Sequence record: DRR723986_793
DNA: 42,457 nucleotides
Strand: one strand, 5' to 3'
Shown piece after piece: positions 1 through 8,835 of this stretch. Made by a program: the position numbers and the translations under genes. Numbering within the stretch: the first letter of the stretch is position 1; each line of letters starts with the position of its first letter. A model generated the notes under the pieces. It saw only the letters and a program-made list of their open reading frames with translations. It ran no database searches and had not been told where the DNA came from.

Positions 1-840
1 CTCTTCGCCAAGCTCGACCAGGGTTTCGATATGCTCCGATACGAACGCGATCGGGGCGATCAGAATGTTTTTCCCGGCCTTCGATTTCTCGGCGATCACT
101 TCCTCGGTTGGCGGGCCGATCCATTTCAGCGGGCCAACCCGGGACTGGTAACAGGCAGTGACTTCCCAATCACGCGGCACACGCCCCGTGATCATCTCCG
201 CCATGGTTTCGCATTGCCACTGATAGGGATCGCCGTCTTTCACGATCTTTTCCGGCAGACCGTGCGCCGACAGGAGCAGGGAGACATTCTCCGGCCGCCC
301 GGCTTTTTCCCAGGCCTGCATGATCCGCTCGATGTGAGCCGAAACGAAGTTTTCCTCGAACGGGTAACAACAAATGGTCCGGACCGGATCCTTGTAAGCC
401 TTCTTCCAGGCTGTCAGCGAGGACCCCGTCGTCGTCGTGGAGAATTGCGGATAGAGCGGCAACAGGACGACTTCATCCGCGCCCCAGGCTTTCACGTCTT
501 TCGCGGCCTGTTCGGTAAACGGGTGCCAATAGCGCATGGCGATGAAGCAGCGCACTTCATCATCCGGCAGGCGCTTTGACAGCTCTGCCTGCAGGGCTTC
601 GGCCTGTTTTTCCGTTTCCGGCAGCAGGGGAGACCCGCCGCCCGCATCCATCATCGCATAGTTTTTGATGACACTTGGTGCCCGCGTGCGTGAAATCAGC
701 CGTGCCAGGAACCACCGGATTGGCAGCGGTGCAGTGATAATGGCCGGATCGCGGAATAGGTTTTTCAGGAACGGCCGGACGGACTCTGCCTTGTCAGGCC
801 CCCCCAGATTAAACAATACGACGGCGACTTTCCGGCCCAT
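1..840 (-). CDS. hemH: Ferrochelatase (3' end runs off the window)
   Basis: Manual translation from ATG at 840: MGRKVAVVLFNLGGPDKAESVRPFLKNLFRDPAII...GGGSPLLPET...FIAMRYWHPF. These are ferrochelatase motifs, and the gene starts 2 nt after the hemE stop. Absent from the ORF track because it has no stop in the window. Confidence 0.95.
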   Translation of the reverse strand, partial: MGRKVAVVLFNLGGPDKAESVRPFLKNLFRDPAIITAPLPIRWFLARLISRTRAPSVIKNYAMMDAGGGSPLLPETEKQAEALQAELSKRLPDDEVRCFIAMRYWHPFTEQAAKDVKAWGADEVVLLPLYPQFSTTTTGSSLTAWKKAYKDPVRTICCYPFEENFVSAHIERIMQAWEKAGRPENVSLLLSAHGLPEKIVKDGDPYQWQCETMAEMITGRVPRDWEVTACYQSRVGPLKWIGPPTEEVIAEKSKAGKNILIAPIAFVSEHIETLVELGEE

Positions 841-842
841 AC

Positions 843-1880
843 TCAACCTTCCCGCAGAATCTTCAGAACGCGTTCGACATTTACGATTGGTGTCTCCGGA
901 CGGACGCCATGGCCGAGATTAAATATATGGGGGCGGCCCGAATACGCCGCCATCAATTCCCGCACGCGGTCGTCCAGGCGCGGGCCGCCTTCGATCAGCA
1001 GCAAAGGATCCAAGTGGCCCTGAACCGGCATGTCAGCCGGAAGCGCGGAGTTCACGAAGGAAGGCACAGCTGCCGTGTCGAGGCCGACTGCGGTCACGCC
1101 GGTCTCCTTGGCATAGGCTTCCAACATGACGCCTGCGCCTCTAGGGAAACCGATCACCGGCACGGTTACACCGCGCTCACGGAGGCGGGCGACCAGGTTC
1201 CTGGTCGGTGCGATGATGACTTCGCGGAAAATATTGTCCGGCAGGCCTTCTGCCCAGCTGTCAAACAGCATCAGCGCTTCGGCACCGGCTTCCACCTGGC
1301 GGGCGAGATACTCCACCGTCGCTTCGCCGACCTTGTCCATGACCGCTGCCAGATCTTCCGGCCGGCCATGTGCCCAGCGCCAGGCATCGGACTTGTCGGT
1401 CTTTCCACGCCCCTCAATGGCATAAAGGCTGACCGTCCAGGGAGACCCGGCAAATCCGATCAATGCGGTTTCCGCCGGCAGGCCCTCTCGCACACGGGAC
1501 ACTGTTTCATAGACGGGTGACAGTCTGTCGGCCGCTTTGACGGCCGGTACGCGGTCGAGGTCCGATGGTCCGGAAATCTGTTCCACCAGCGGGCCGACGC
1601 CTTTTTCGAATTTCACCTCCAATCCCATCGCATCCAAGATCAGCAGGATATCAGCAAACAGAATCGCTCCATCCATGCCGTAGCGGCGTATAGGTTGCAG
1701 CGTCGCTTCAGCTGCCATGGAAGGCGTATAGCAGAAATCGAGGAAGTTCTTCGCCCGGGACCGGAGCTCAAGATATTCGGGCAGATGGCGCCCGGCCTGG
1801 CGCATCATCCATACCGGCGGCTTTTCAAATCGCTCTCCACCGAGAACCTGAAGAAGTTTTTTCGATCCATCGGTGCCCAT
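843..1880 (-). CDS. hemE: Uroporphyrinogen decarboxylase
   Basis: PVWMMRQAGR, AILFADIL, IGFAGSPWT and HIFNLGHG motifs. Start placed at ATG 1880 (MGTDGSKK) rather than the longer track start. Confidence 0.95.
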   Translation of the reverse strand: MGTDGSKKLLQVLGGERFEKPPVWMMRQAGRHLPEYLELRSRAKNFLDFCYTPSMAAEATLQPIRRYGMDGAILFADILLILDAMGLEVKFEKGVGPLVEQISGPSDLDRVPAVKAADRLSPVYETVSRVREGLPAETALIGFAGSPWTVSLYAIEGRGKTDKSDAWRWAHGRPEDLAAVMDKVGEATVEYLARQVEAGAEALMLFDSWAEGLPDNIFREVIIAPTRNLVARLRERGVTVPVIGFPRGAGVMLEAYAKETGVTAVGLDTAAVPSFVNSALPADMPVQGHLDPLLLIEGGPRLDDRVRELMAAYSGRPHIFNLGHGVRPETPIVNVERVLKILREG

Positions 1881-2015
1881 GGCATTTTTCCCAAAAACAA
1901 AAACCAAGCCCGTCAGGGCGCTTATGACTATTAGACGGTGAGTCCGTGGGAAAAAGGGTGATGTGCGGATTTGTCCAGAGAATTCCACACAGGAGTCACA
2001 GGCCGGTAGACAGGG

Positions 2016-2030
2016 TTAAGAGGGTCTTAA
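2016..2030. promoter_or_regulatory. CtrA binding site (perfect TTAA-N7-TTAA)
   Basis: TTAA-GAGGGTC-TTAA(C) inside the origin region. Confidence 0.85.
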
Positions 2031-2047
2031 CACCCGGGATTCAATAG

Positions 2048-2062
2048 TTAACCAAACGTAAA
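2048..2062. promoter_or_regulatory. CtrA binding site (one mismatch)
   Basis: TTAA-CCAAACG-TAAA(C), 17 bp from the perfect site. Confidence 0.65.
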
Positions 2063-2160
2063 CGGGCCAATTGGAGTCACAGGCCGGAACGGAAGGTGAT
2101 TCCGTGGAGTCGGATTCCGTCGCCTGTGGGATTTTTGTGATTCCAGCGGGACAAAAAGCG

Positions 2161-2169
2161 CTATCCACA
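2161..2169 (+). promoter_or_regulatory. DnaA box (one mismatch)
   Basis: CTATCCACA versus consensus TTATCCACA, inside the origin region. Confidence 0.65.
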
Positions 2170-2221
2170 GGCGAGTCACAGGTCTTGTGAAATCCCCAAA
2201 CCTCGGCAAGACAAGGAGACC

Positions 2222-3064
2222 ATGACTCGGTCCCAACGCCCCAGCATCTATTTCAATGTGCATCTCGTCTCCGATTCCACGGGCGAGACCCTGAACGCCA
2301 TCCAGCGAGCGGCCTGCGCCCAGTTCGAAAATGTGCAGGCGCTGGAGCACAATTATTACCTCGTCCGGTCTGAACGCCAACTGGAACGCGTGATGCGGGA
2401 GATCGAAGCTGCGCCTGGCGTAGTCTGGTACACGATCTCGGACGAAATCCTGCGCGGACGTCTGGAATCCTTTTGCCGCGAGAAGTCCGTTCCGACGCTG
2501 CCGGTGCTGGACGCTTCCATCGCCATGCTCAGCCGCCATCTTGGCATTTCAGCCAATCAGAAAGTCGCCGGACAGCACGCGCTGGACGATGACTATTTCG
2601 AACGCATGGAGGCGATTAATTTCACGCTGGCGCATGATGATGGCCAGAATGTTGAAAGCCTGACCGGCGCCGATGTGATCCTGCTGGGCGTCAGCCGGAC
2701 TTCCAAGACACCCACCTGTGTGTATCTGGCCAACCGGAAAGTCCGTGCCGGGAACATTCCGCTTGTGCCAGGGGTGCAGCTCCCGCCACACATAGAGAAG
2801 ATGGGCGATAAAGGCCCGCTGATTGTCGGGCTCAAGATCAGCGCTGAACGTCTCGTGCAGATACGCCGCGCCCGCCTGATCTCGCTGAATCAGGACGAGC
2901 ACACAATTTATGCCGACGAAGATTCGGTGCGCGATGAAGTGACCCAGGCGAACCGCCTCTTCCAGCGTAACAAGTGGCGGACAATCGATGTCTCTCGCCG
3001 CTCCGTCGAGGAAACGGCCGCCGCAATTCTGAACCTGCTGAATGAACGCCGGGGGCATTTGTGA
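2222..3064 (+). CDS. Pyruvate, phosphate/water dikinase regulatory protein (DUF299, PDRP/PSRP)
   Basis: HLVSDSTGET, AINFTLAHDDG and GVSRTSKTP motifs. AAGGAG SD upstream. Confidence 0.92.
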   Translation: MTRSQRPSIYFNVHLVSDSTGETLNAIQRAACAQFENVQALEHNYYLVRSERQLERVMREIEAAPGVVWYTISDEILRGRLESFCREKSVPTLPVLDASIAMLSRHLGISANQKVAGQHALDDDYFERMEAINFTLAHDDGQNVESLTGADVILLGVSRTSKTPTCVYLANRKVRAGNIPLVPGVQLPPHIEKMGDKGPLIVGLKISAERLVQIRRARLISLNQDEHTIYADEDSVRDEVTQANRLFQRNKWRTIDVSRRSVEETAAAILNLLNERRGHL

Positions 3065-3657
3065 GTCTTGAGGTAATTCTCGCGTCCGGGAGCGAAAGCC
3101 GCCGGCGATTGCTGACTTCTGCTGGCGTGGAGGCGACAGCTGTTCGCCCGAACGTCGATGAAGATGCGATGAAAGCCGGGCTGCGCGCCGAAGGTCTGCC
3201 CGTGCGCGATCAGGCCATGCGGCTTGCTGAACTGAAAGCCGTCAAGATTTCCCAGCGCCAGCCAGGGCTTGTCATTGGCGGCGACCAGATGCTGGCGCTC
3301 GGCGACGAGGCTTTCGACAAGCCGAAGGATCTGGACGGCGCGCGCGATCACCTGCGGAAACTGTCCGGCAAGGCACATACGCTCGAGACGGCTATTGTGG
3401 TCTGCGAAAACGGCCAGCCTGTCTGGAGACACCTCGCACGGCCAAAGCTTACCATGCGTCCGCTCAGCGAGGACTTTATCGAACAATATGTGGAGCAGGT
3501 GGGCGATGCGCTTCTGTCCACTGTCGGGGCCTACCAGCTGGAAGGCCTCGGCGCGCAGCTCTTCAACAAGATCGAGGGGGACTACTTCTCCATACTCGGC
3601 CTGCCATTGCTGCCATTGCTTGATTATTTCCGTATCCGGGGGGTGCTGCCGTCATGA
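3061..3657 (+). CDS. maf: Maf family nucleoside triphosphate pyrophosphatase
   Basis: ILASGSESRR, IGGDQ, VGAYQLEG and ILGLPL motifs. GTGA overlap with the upstream stop. Confidence 0.9.
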   Translation: MSLEVILASGSESRRRLLTSAGVEATAVRPNVDEDAMKAGLRAEGLPVRDQAMRLAELKAVKISQRQPGLVIGGDQMLALGDEAFDKPKDLDGARDHLRKLSGKAHTLETAIVVCENGQPVWRHLARPKLTMRPLSEDFIEQYVEQVGDALLSTVGAYQLEGLGAQLFNKIEGDYFSILGLPLLPLLDYFRIRGVLPS

Positions 3658-4469
3658 CCTGGCTGCTGGGTGTGATCGGCGATCCGGTCTCGCATTCGCT
3701 ATCTCCTGTAATCCACAATATGTGGATCCGCGAAAATGGCTTCGATGCGAGCTATGAAGCGTTGCGGGTTGAGCGTGGAAATCTTGGAAGTGCGCTCGAA
3801 ACGCTTTCGGAGCGCAACGCCCTCGGCTTCAACATCACTCTTCCGCACAAGGAGGATGCACTGGAGCTGTCAGATGAAACAAGCGACATCGCGCGCCGCA
3901 TCGGTGCCGCAAACACGCTGATACGCCGGGAGCAGGGGGGGTGGCGCGCCGAGAATACGGATGCGCCCGGCTTTGTGCGCAGCCTGCTGGATGCCGGTAT
4001 CGAAGTAGCCGGATGCCGGGTGACCTTGCTGGGGGCCGGCGGCTCTGCCCGCGCTGTCGCCATCAGCCTGATGGACCTGCGCGCGGAGATCACGATTGCG
4101 AACCGTACCCGCGAACGTGCAGAGACGTTGATTTCCGAGACGGGCATCACCGCGGATATCTGCTCACTGGAACAGGGGATCTCTGAAGCCGCGACGGCCG
4201 ATGTCGTGATCAACACGCTCAGCCTTGGTCATTCAGGCGAAAGCCTCGAACTGCCGGAAGCGACCGGCCAGTATTTCTACGACATCTCCTACGGCAAGCC
4301 TGCTGCGGCGATCCGGGCCGAGGCGCTGGCCAAGAACTGGCAGCCGATGGACGGGCTTGGCATGCTGGTGGCGCAGGCAGCGTACAGCTTTGAACACTGG
4401 TTCGGTGTTTTGCCGGATACGAAGGAAGCGCTCGCCCATTGCCGCAAACTCGTGGAGGCGACGACGTGA
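3654..4469 (+). CDS. aroE: Shikimate dehydrogenase
   Basis: [32 protein letters not shown] and [10 protein letters not shown] motifs. Confidence 0.95.
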   Translation: MTWLLGVIGDPVSHSLSPVIHNMWIRENGFDASYEALRVERGNLGSALETLSERNALGFNITLPHKEDALELSDETSDIARRIGAANTLIRREQGGWRAENTDAPGFVRSLLDAGIEVAGCRVTLLGAGGSARAVAISLMDLRAEITIANRTRERAETLISETGITADICSLEQGISEAATADVVINTLSLGHSGESLELPEATGQYFYDISYGKPAAAIRAEALAKNWQPMDGLGMLVAQAAYSFEHWFGVLPDTKEALAHCRKLVEATT

Positions 4470-5074
4470 TCATCCTCGGCCTCACAGGTTCCATCGGAAT
4501 GGGGAAATCCGCTACGGCCACTCTGTTCCGGGATGAGGACGTACCGGTTTACGATGCCGATGCGGCAGTTCACCAGCTCTACCAGAAGGGCGGCGCGGCT
4601 GTGGACCCGGTCGAAGCGGCCTTTCCCGGTGTAAAAGTCGAAGGTGCCATCGACCGCACTTTGCTGCGCGAACGCGTACTGAACGATGCCGCCGCGATGA
4701 AGCAGCTGGAAAGCATCGTCCATCCGCTGGCAGGTGCTGCGCAGCAGGATTTCCGGGAAGCCGCCCGAAAATCCGGTGCAGCCTTTGCGGTGCTGGATAT
4801 TCCGCTGCTCTATGAGACCGGAGGGTCAGGCTATTGCGACTATGTGCTCGTCGTTTCAGCGCCTCCGGACGTGCAGCGCAAACGTGTGCTTTCCCGGCCG
4901 GGTGTCACGGAACAAACCTTCGAAGCCATTCTGGCCCGCCAGGTGCCGGATGCGGAAAAGCGCGCCAAAGCAGATTTTATCCTGTCGACAGCGCATGGGT
5001 TCGAATTTGCACGCGATCATGTTCGCGCCATAATCGCCCTTATGAATCGCAAGGCCGCAGGGGATAATGCATGA
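4466..5074 (+). CDS. coaE: Dephospho-CoA kinase
   Basis: [12 protein letters not shown]-loop, DAD, LESIVHP and DIPLLYE motifs. GTG start overlaps the aroE stop. Confidence 0.95.
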   Translation: MIILGLTGSIGMGKSATATLFRDEDVPVYDADAAVHQLYQKGGAAVDPVEAAFPGVKVEGAIDRTLLRERVLNDAAAMKQLESIVHPLAGAAQQDFREAARKSGAAFAVLDIPLLYETGGSGYCDYVLVVSAPPDVQRKRVLSRPGVTEQTFEAILARQVPDAEKRAKADFILSTAHGFEFARDHVRAIIALMNRKAAGDNA

Positions 5075-5772
5075 GCCAGATCCGCGAGATCGCTTTCGAT
5101 ACCGAGACGACGGGCCTCAACCCCAATGAGGGCGACCGGATCATCGAGCTTGGCGCTGTCGAGATGATCAACCACATCCCGTCGGGCCGCACTTTCCGGA
5201 CGCTGATCAATCCGGGCCGGGAAGTGTCCGCGGATACGGTTCGCATCACCGGCATTACCGATGACGACCTGAAGGATGCGCCGCCGTTTGAGGCACCGGA
5301 AGTGATTGATGCGTTTCTGGAGTTCATCGGTGACGCGACGCTGGTTGCGCACAATGCCGGATTTGACCGGTCATTCCTGAACATGGAGCTCAGCCGGTGC
5401 GGGCGTGACCCCATTCCGGATGACCGCTGGGTGGACACGGCAGCGATGGCCCGCCGCAAGTTCCCGGGCGCACCCGCCAGCCTCGACGCGCTTTGCAAGC
5501 GTTTCGACATCTCGCTGGAAAGCCGGACATTCCACGGCGCTCTGCTGGACAGCCAGCTGCTCGCGGCGGTGTACCTAGAGCTCATGGGCGGACGGGCCCG
5601 GGCGTTTTCTTTCGAGGCCGTCGTCGAAACCGAGATCGTGGAAGAGATCCAGCCGGCGCGCCAGCGTCCCAAACCGCTCGCAGCACGGCTGACCGAGGAT
5701 GAAAAAGCCGCCCACGAGGCGTTCGTGAGCGGCCTTGGCGATGATGCTTTCTGGAAGCGTTACGCGTCCTGA
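5071..5772 (+). CDS. dnaQ: DNA polymerase III epsilon subunit
   Basis: DTETTG, AHNAGFD and HGALLD DEDDh motifs. Confidence 0.95.
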   Translation: MSQIREIAFDTETTGLNPNEGDRIIELGAVEMINHIPSGRTFRTLINPGREVSADTVRITGITDDDLKDAPPFEAPEVIDAFLEFIGDATLVAHNAGFDRSFLNMELSRCGRDPIPDDRWVDTAAMARRKFPGAPASLDALCKRFDISLESRTFHGALLDSQLLAAVYLELMGGRARAFSFEAVVETEIVEEIQPARQRPKPLAARLTEDEKAAHEAFVSGLGDDAFWKRYAS

Positions 5773-6272
5773 GGGGGCGGCGCCTGGCCTGAAGCGGCGG
5801 CGGCTTCCTGCGCGCGGCGGTATTGCTGCTGATAAAGCTGCACGAAATCGACCGGATCGATCAGCAGGGGCGGGAAACCGCCTTCGCGCGTGATCTCTGC
5901 CACGATGCGGCGGGCAAACGGGAACAGCAGCCGCGGGCATTCGATCAGCAGCAGCGGCTCAAGCTGGGCCTGCGGCACGTTCTGAAGCTGGAACAGGCCG
6001 GCATAGTCAAGCTCGGTGATGAACAGCACCGTGCCGTCGGCAACCGCCTTGGCCGACAATTTCAGCGAGACTTCGTAAAGCCCGTTGCCGTCGGCATGCG
6101 GGGTTGCGCCGACATCGATGCCAAGATCGATATTCGGCTGCGACTGCACGGCGGCGTGCCCCGGATTCTCGAAGGACAGGTCCTTCACATACTGGCCGAG
6201 CACGCGCAAACCCGCCGGGGTCGCGCCGTTCTGGCCTTGGTTTGGTGCTTGCGGCGCACTTGTATCAGTCAT
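5760..6272 (-). CDS. secB: Protein export chaperone SecB
   Basis: QYVKDLSFENP, ECPRLLFPFAR and GGFPPLLIDPVDF motifs. Converges on dnaQ with a 13-nt overlap. Confidence 0.95.
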   Translation of the reverse strand: MTDTSAPQAPNQGQNGATPAGLRVLGQYVKDLSFENPGHAAVQSQPNIDLGIDVGATPHADGNGLYEVSLKLSAKAVADGTVLFITELDYAGLFQLQNVPQAQLEPLLLIECPRLLFPFARRIVAEITREGGFPPLLIDPVDFVQLYQQQYRRAQEAAAASGQAPPPQDA

Positions 6273-6404
6273 GTCTACCTCCCAACTCTACCGGCCGGGC
6301 GCTAGCATGCGGCCCCTTAACGCGCAATGATCACTGGCACTTCCAGCCTGGCGGCCCTATCTTGTGGGCTGAGTGAACACGAATGCAAGGACACGCCACC
6401 ACCA

Positions 6405-7013
6405 ATGGACCCCGTGATGCAAGTCATGATCCTGGCAGCCGTTGCGCTGTTTGTCCTGTCGCGCCTGTATTTTGCGCTCGGCAAGGGTGACAATGACAAC
6501 CCCGTGAATCGCCCGTCTCCGGCGACGGCCGGTGATGAAGCCCCCGGCCAGACGAAAGCCCGCGATGATGCAATGGCCCATGCAGACCAGCCAATTTTCA
6601 CCGGCCCGGCAGCAGGCGGGCTCGAAGAAATCTACAATATTGACCGCAGCTTCAGCACACCTGCCTTCATGAGAGGCGCTCGCGCGGCGTATGAAATCAT
6701 CGTTTCGGCCTTCGCACGCGGCGATCGCGACAAGCTCCGCCCCATGCTGGACGACGATGTCTACGAAGCTTGGGATGCGGCTATTTCCGAACGGACACCG
6801 GACCAGCCGGGCTTTGAGCTGCTGCGCATCCGCAAGGCGGAAATCGAAAGCGCTGAACTGGACGGGGACATCGCGCGGGTTGCAGTTCGCTACGAAGCTG
6901 AACTCGGCGATGGTGAAATGGTGCGCACGGCGAAGGAAATCTGGACCTTCATGCGCAATGTCCGGGCAGATGATCCAAACTGGATTCTGGACGACGTCGA
7001 AGTCGCCAACTAG
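6405..7013 (+). CDS. Tim44/TimA family putative adaptor protein
   Basis: N-terminal TM helix, F..GARAAYEIIV.AFARGD and EIWTF.R....DPNWIL. Sits in the conserved secB-Tim44-mltA-smr context. Start set at ATG 6405. Confidence 0.85.
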   Translation: MDPVMQVMILAAVALFVLSRLYFALGKGDNDNPVNRPSPATAGDEAPGQTKARDDAMAHADQPIFTGPAAGGLEEIYNIDRSFSTPAFMRGARAAYEIIVSAFARGDRDKLRPMLDDDVYEAWDAAISERTPDQPGFELLRIRKAEIESAELDGDIARVAVRYEAELGDGEMVRTAKEIWTFMRNVRADDPNWILDDVEVAN

Positions 7014-7073
7014 GGCCTGCCGGCAGAACATTTCCGAGTGACACTCCGGCAGGAAGCACGCCATAAAGCGTGC

Positions 7074-8297
7074 ATGTGGCCGCGTTTCCGTTCGTTTCTC
7101 CTCCTGATCCTGCTGGCCGCTTGCCAGACCCAGCCCGCACCGATCAAGGTGATCACGCCTCCGGCCCCCGCAGCGCCCCCCGCGGCCTTGCGTCCGCAGC
7201 TTCCGGCATGGGAAACACCTGCGGCTTTTTCCGACCTGCCGAACTGGCCGGCTGCCAGACTCGAAGCAGCGGTGAGTGCCTTCAAGCGCTCGTGCGAAAA
7301 GTTCTCCGGCCTGGAGATCACAGCTGATCTTTCCGATGCCGCGCCATGGGCCGGGCGGGTGGAAGACTGGGCTGAGCCTTGCGGCGCTCTCTCCGCGGCC
7401 CGCAGCGAAGATGAAGCCCGCGCCCTGATCGAACAGGTCTTTGTGCCGATCGAAATCATCCCGCCGGACGGCGCGCGCAAGTTCACAGGCTATTTCGAGC
7501 CGACCTATGAGGCGCGCCGGACGCCGACACCACCCTTTACCGAACCTGTCCCGGCCCTGCCGTCTGACCTCATTCCGAACAATGGGACGCCGTTGCAGCG
7601 CCTGCCGGACGGCACGACGCGGCCCTATCCCTCGCGGGCGCAGATCACGACGTCGGGCGTGCAGGCGATTGCCTATGCCCATCCGGCGGATGTGTTCTTT
7701 CTCCAGATTCAGGGTTCCGGCCGGCTGACCTTTCCCGATGGCACGACCATGCGCGCTGTCTATGCGGCGCATAATGGGCACAAGTTCAAATCGACCGCCA
7801 ACTGGCTGATCCGTACCGGGCGCATTTCCAGCGGGGAAGCCAGCATGCAGGGCATCCGGGCCTGGATGAATAGGGCAGGACCGGCGGAGACGCGGATGGC
7901 GATGAACCAGAATCCGCGTTTCGTGTTCTTCCGGGCTGAAGCGGAGGGCGATCCGGAGCTCGGCCCTGTAGGCGCGGAAGGCGTGCCGCTGACGCCGCTT
8001 GGCTCGATGGCTGTGGACACCAGCCTTCATCCGCTTGGCGTGCCCATGTTCGTGCAGACGACGGCGCCGGGTCTCGGCGGGGATTGGTCCGGCATGTTGG
8101 TGGCGCAGGACACTGGCGGGGCCATCAAGGGTGCGGTGCGCGGCGACATCTTTTTCGGCACAGGCACCGAAGCGGGCGAGCGGGCCGGAACGATGAATGC
8201 GCCCGGGCGTCTCTGGGTTTTCCTGCCGCGCGACGTGGCGCAGCGGATGCGGGCCGAAGGCTATGCCAGCCTCGACATGAACCCGCCGGCGCCGTAA
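7074..8297 (+). CDS. mltA: Membrane-bound lytic murein transglycosylase A (lipoprotein)
   Basis: Lipobox LAAC; TGYFEP, FFLQIQGSG and QDTGGAIKGAVRGDIFFG (3D domain). Confidence 0.92.
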   Translation: MWPRFRSFLLLILLAACQTQPAPIKVITPPAPAAPPAALRPQLPAWETPAAFSDLPNWPAARLEAAVSAFKRSCEKFSGLEITADLSDAAPWAGRVEDWAEPCGALSAARSEDEARALIEQVFVPIEIIPPDGARKFTGYFEPTYEARRTPTPPFTEPVPALPSDLIPNNGTPLQRLPDGTTRPYPSRAQITTSGVQAIAYAHPADVFFLQIQGSGRLTFPDGTTMRAVYAAHNGHKFKSTANWLIRTGRISSGEASMQGIRAWMNRAGPAETRMAMNQNPRFVFFRAEAEGDPELGPVGAEGVPLTPLGSMAVDTSLHPLGVPMFVQTTAPGLGGDWSGMLVAQDTGGAIKGAVRGDIFFGTGTEAGERAGTMNAPGRLWVFLPRDVAQRMRAEGYASLDMNPPAP

Positions 8298-8307
8298 GGG
8301 GGCGGGC

Positions 8308-8835
8308 ATGAGCCACCGCCGCCTGACCCCTGACGAAGCCCGCGCCTGGGCCCGCGTTGCGCGGACGGTCAAGCCGATCGGTCCGAAGACGGAAGATATC
8401 GAAACCTTCATCGACGCGCTGGAGCATGGCGAGCCAGTGCTGCGCCATGGCAAGGCGAAAGCGCCGCCTGTGCCGCAGGAAACGCCCGCGCCGAAACCGG
8501 TGAAAACGCCTGCGCCGCCGCAGAACCGGGCCAATGAGAAGCGCGTACGACGGGGGAAGCTGGAACTGGCGGGCCGGTTCGATCTGCATGGTCATACCCA
8601 AATCAGTGCCGATGCGGCGTTGCCAGATTTCCTCGCCCGGAAACAGGCAGAAGGTGCGCGCTGCGTGCTGGTCATCACCGGCAAGGGGAAAGGCGGGGAG
8701 GGCGTCCTGCGCCGCAACTTCCTGCGCTGGCTGGAGATGCCTGCGGCGCGCGCCTTTGTGTCCGGCTATTCGGAAGCCCACCCGCGACATGGCGGGTCTG
8801 GTGCCTGGTATGTGTTCCTGAGAACCAATACCTGA
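8308..8835 (+). CDS. Smr/MutS2 C-terminal domain protein
   Basis: DLHG, LVITGKG and HGGSGAWYV Smr motifs. Confidence 0.92.
   Translation: MSHRRLTPDEARAWARVARTVKPIGPKTEDIETFIDALEHGEPVLRHGKAKAPPVPQETPAPKPVKTPAPPQNRANEKRVRRGKLELAGRFDLHGHTQISADAALPDFLARKQAEGARCVLVITGKGKGGEGVLRRNFLRWLEMPAARAFVSGYSEAHPRHGGSGAWYVFLRTNT

Larger units (their letters stand above)
1992..2182 (+). repeat. Origin direct repeats GGAGTCACAGGCCGG (x2) / GAGTCACAGG (x3)
   Basis: Identical 15-mers at 1992-2006 and 2073-2087. The 10-nt core recurs at 2173-2182. Confidence 0.85.
1881..2221. other. Probable chromosomal replication origin (oriC/Cori-type)
   Basis: Intergenic region between divergent hemE and the DUF299/PDRP gene, where Caulobacter Cori lies. 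Contains CtrA boxes, a DnaA-box-like CTATCCACA, 9 GANTC sites and an A-rich tract at 1884-1905. The flanking operons point away from it. Confidence 0.85.

Noticed and set aside
1921-1934. DnaA-trio-like tract TTATGACTATTA
   Set aside because: Short and degenerate, with no correctly oriented adjacent DnaA box; cannot be supported by eye.
1881-1988. N-terminal extension of hemE given by the ORF track
   Set aside because: It runs into the origin region, and HemE homology starts just after ATG 1880.
1992-2182. Direct repeats as a mini CRISPR array
   Set aside because: Only 10-15 nt long, irregularly spaced (81 and 99 nt), no cas genes, and located in the origin.
6357-8534. 725-aa minus-strand ORF (likewise 26957-28309, 31186-32412, 39729-41150 and 41288-42325)
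   Set aside because: Antisense shadows of well-supported genes in high-GC DNA, with no recognisable motifs.
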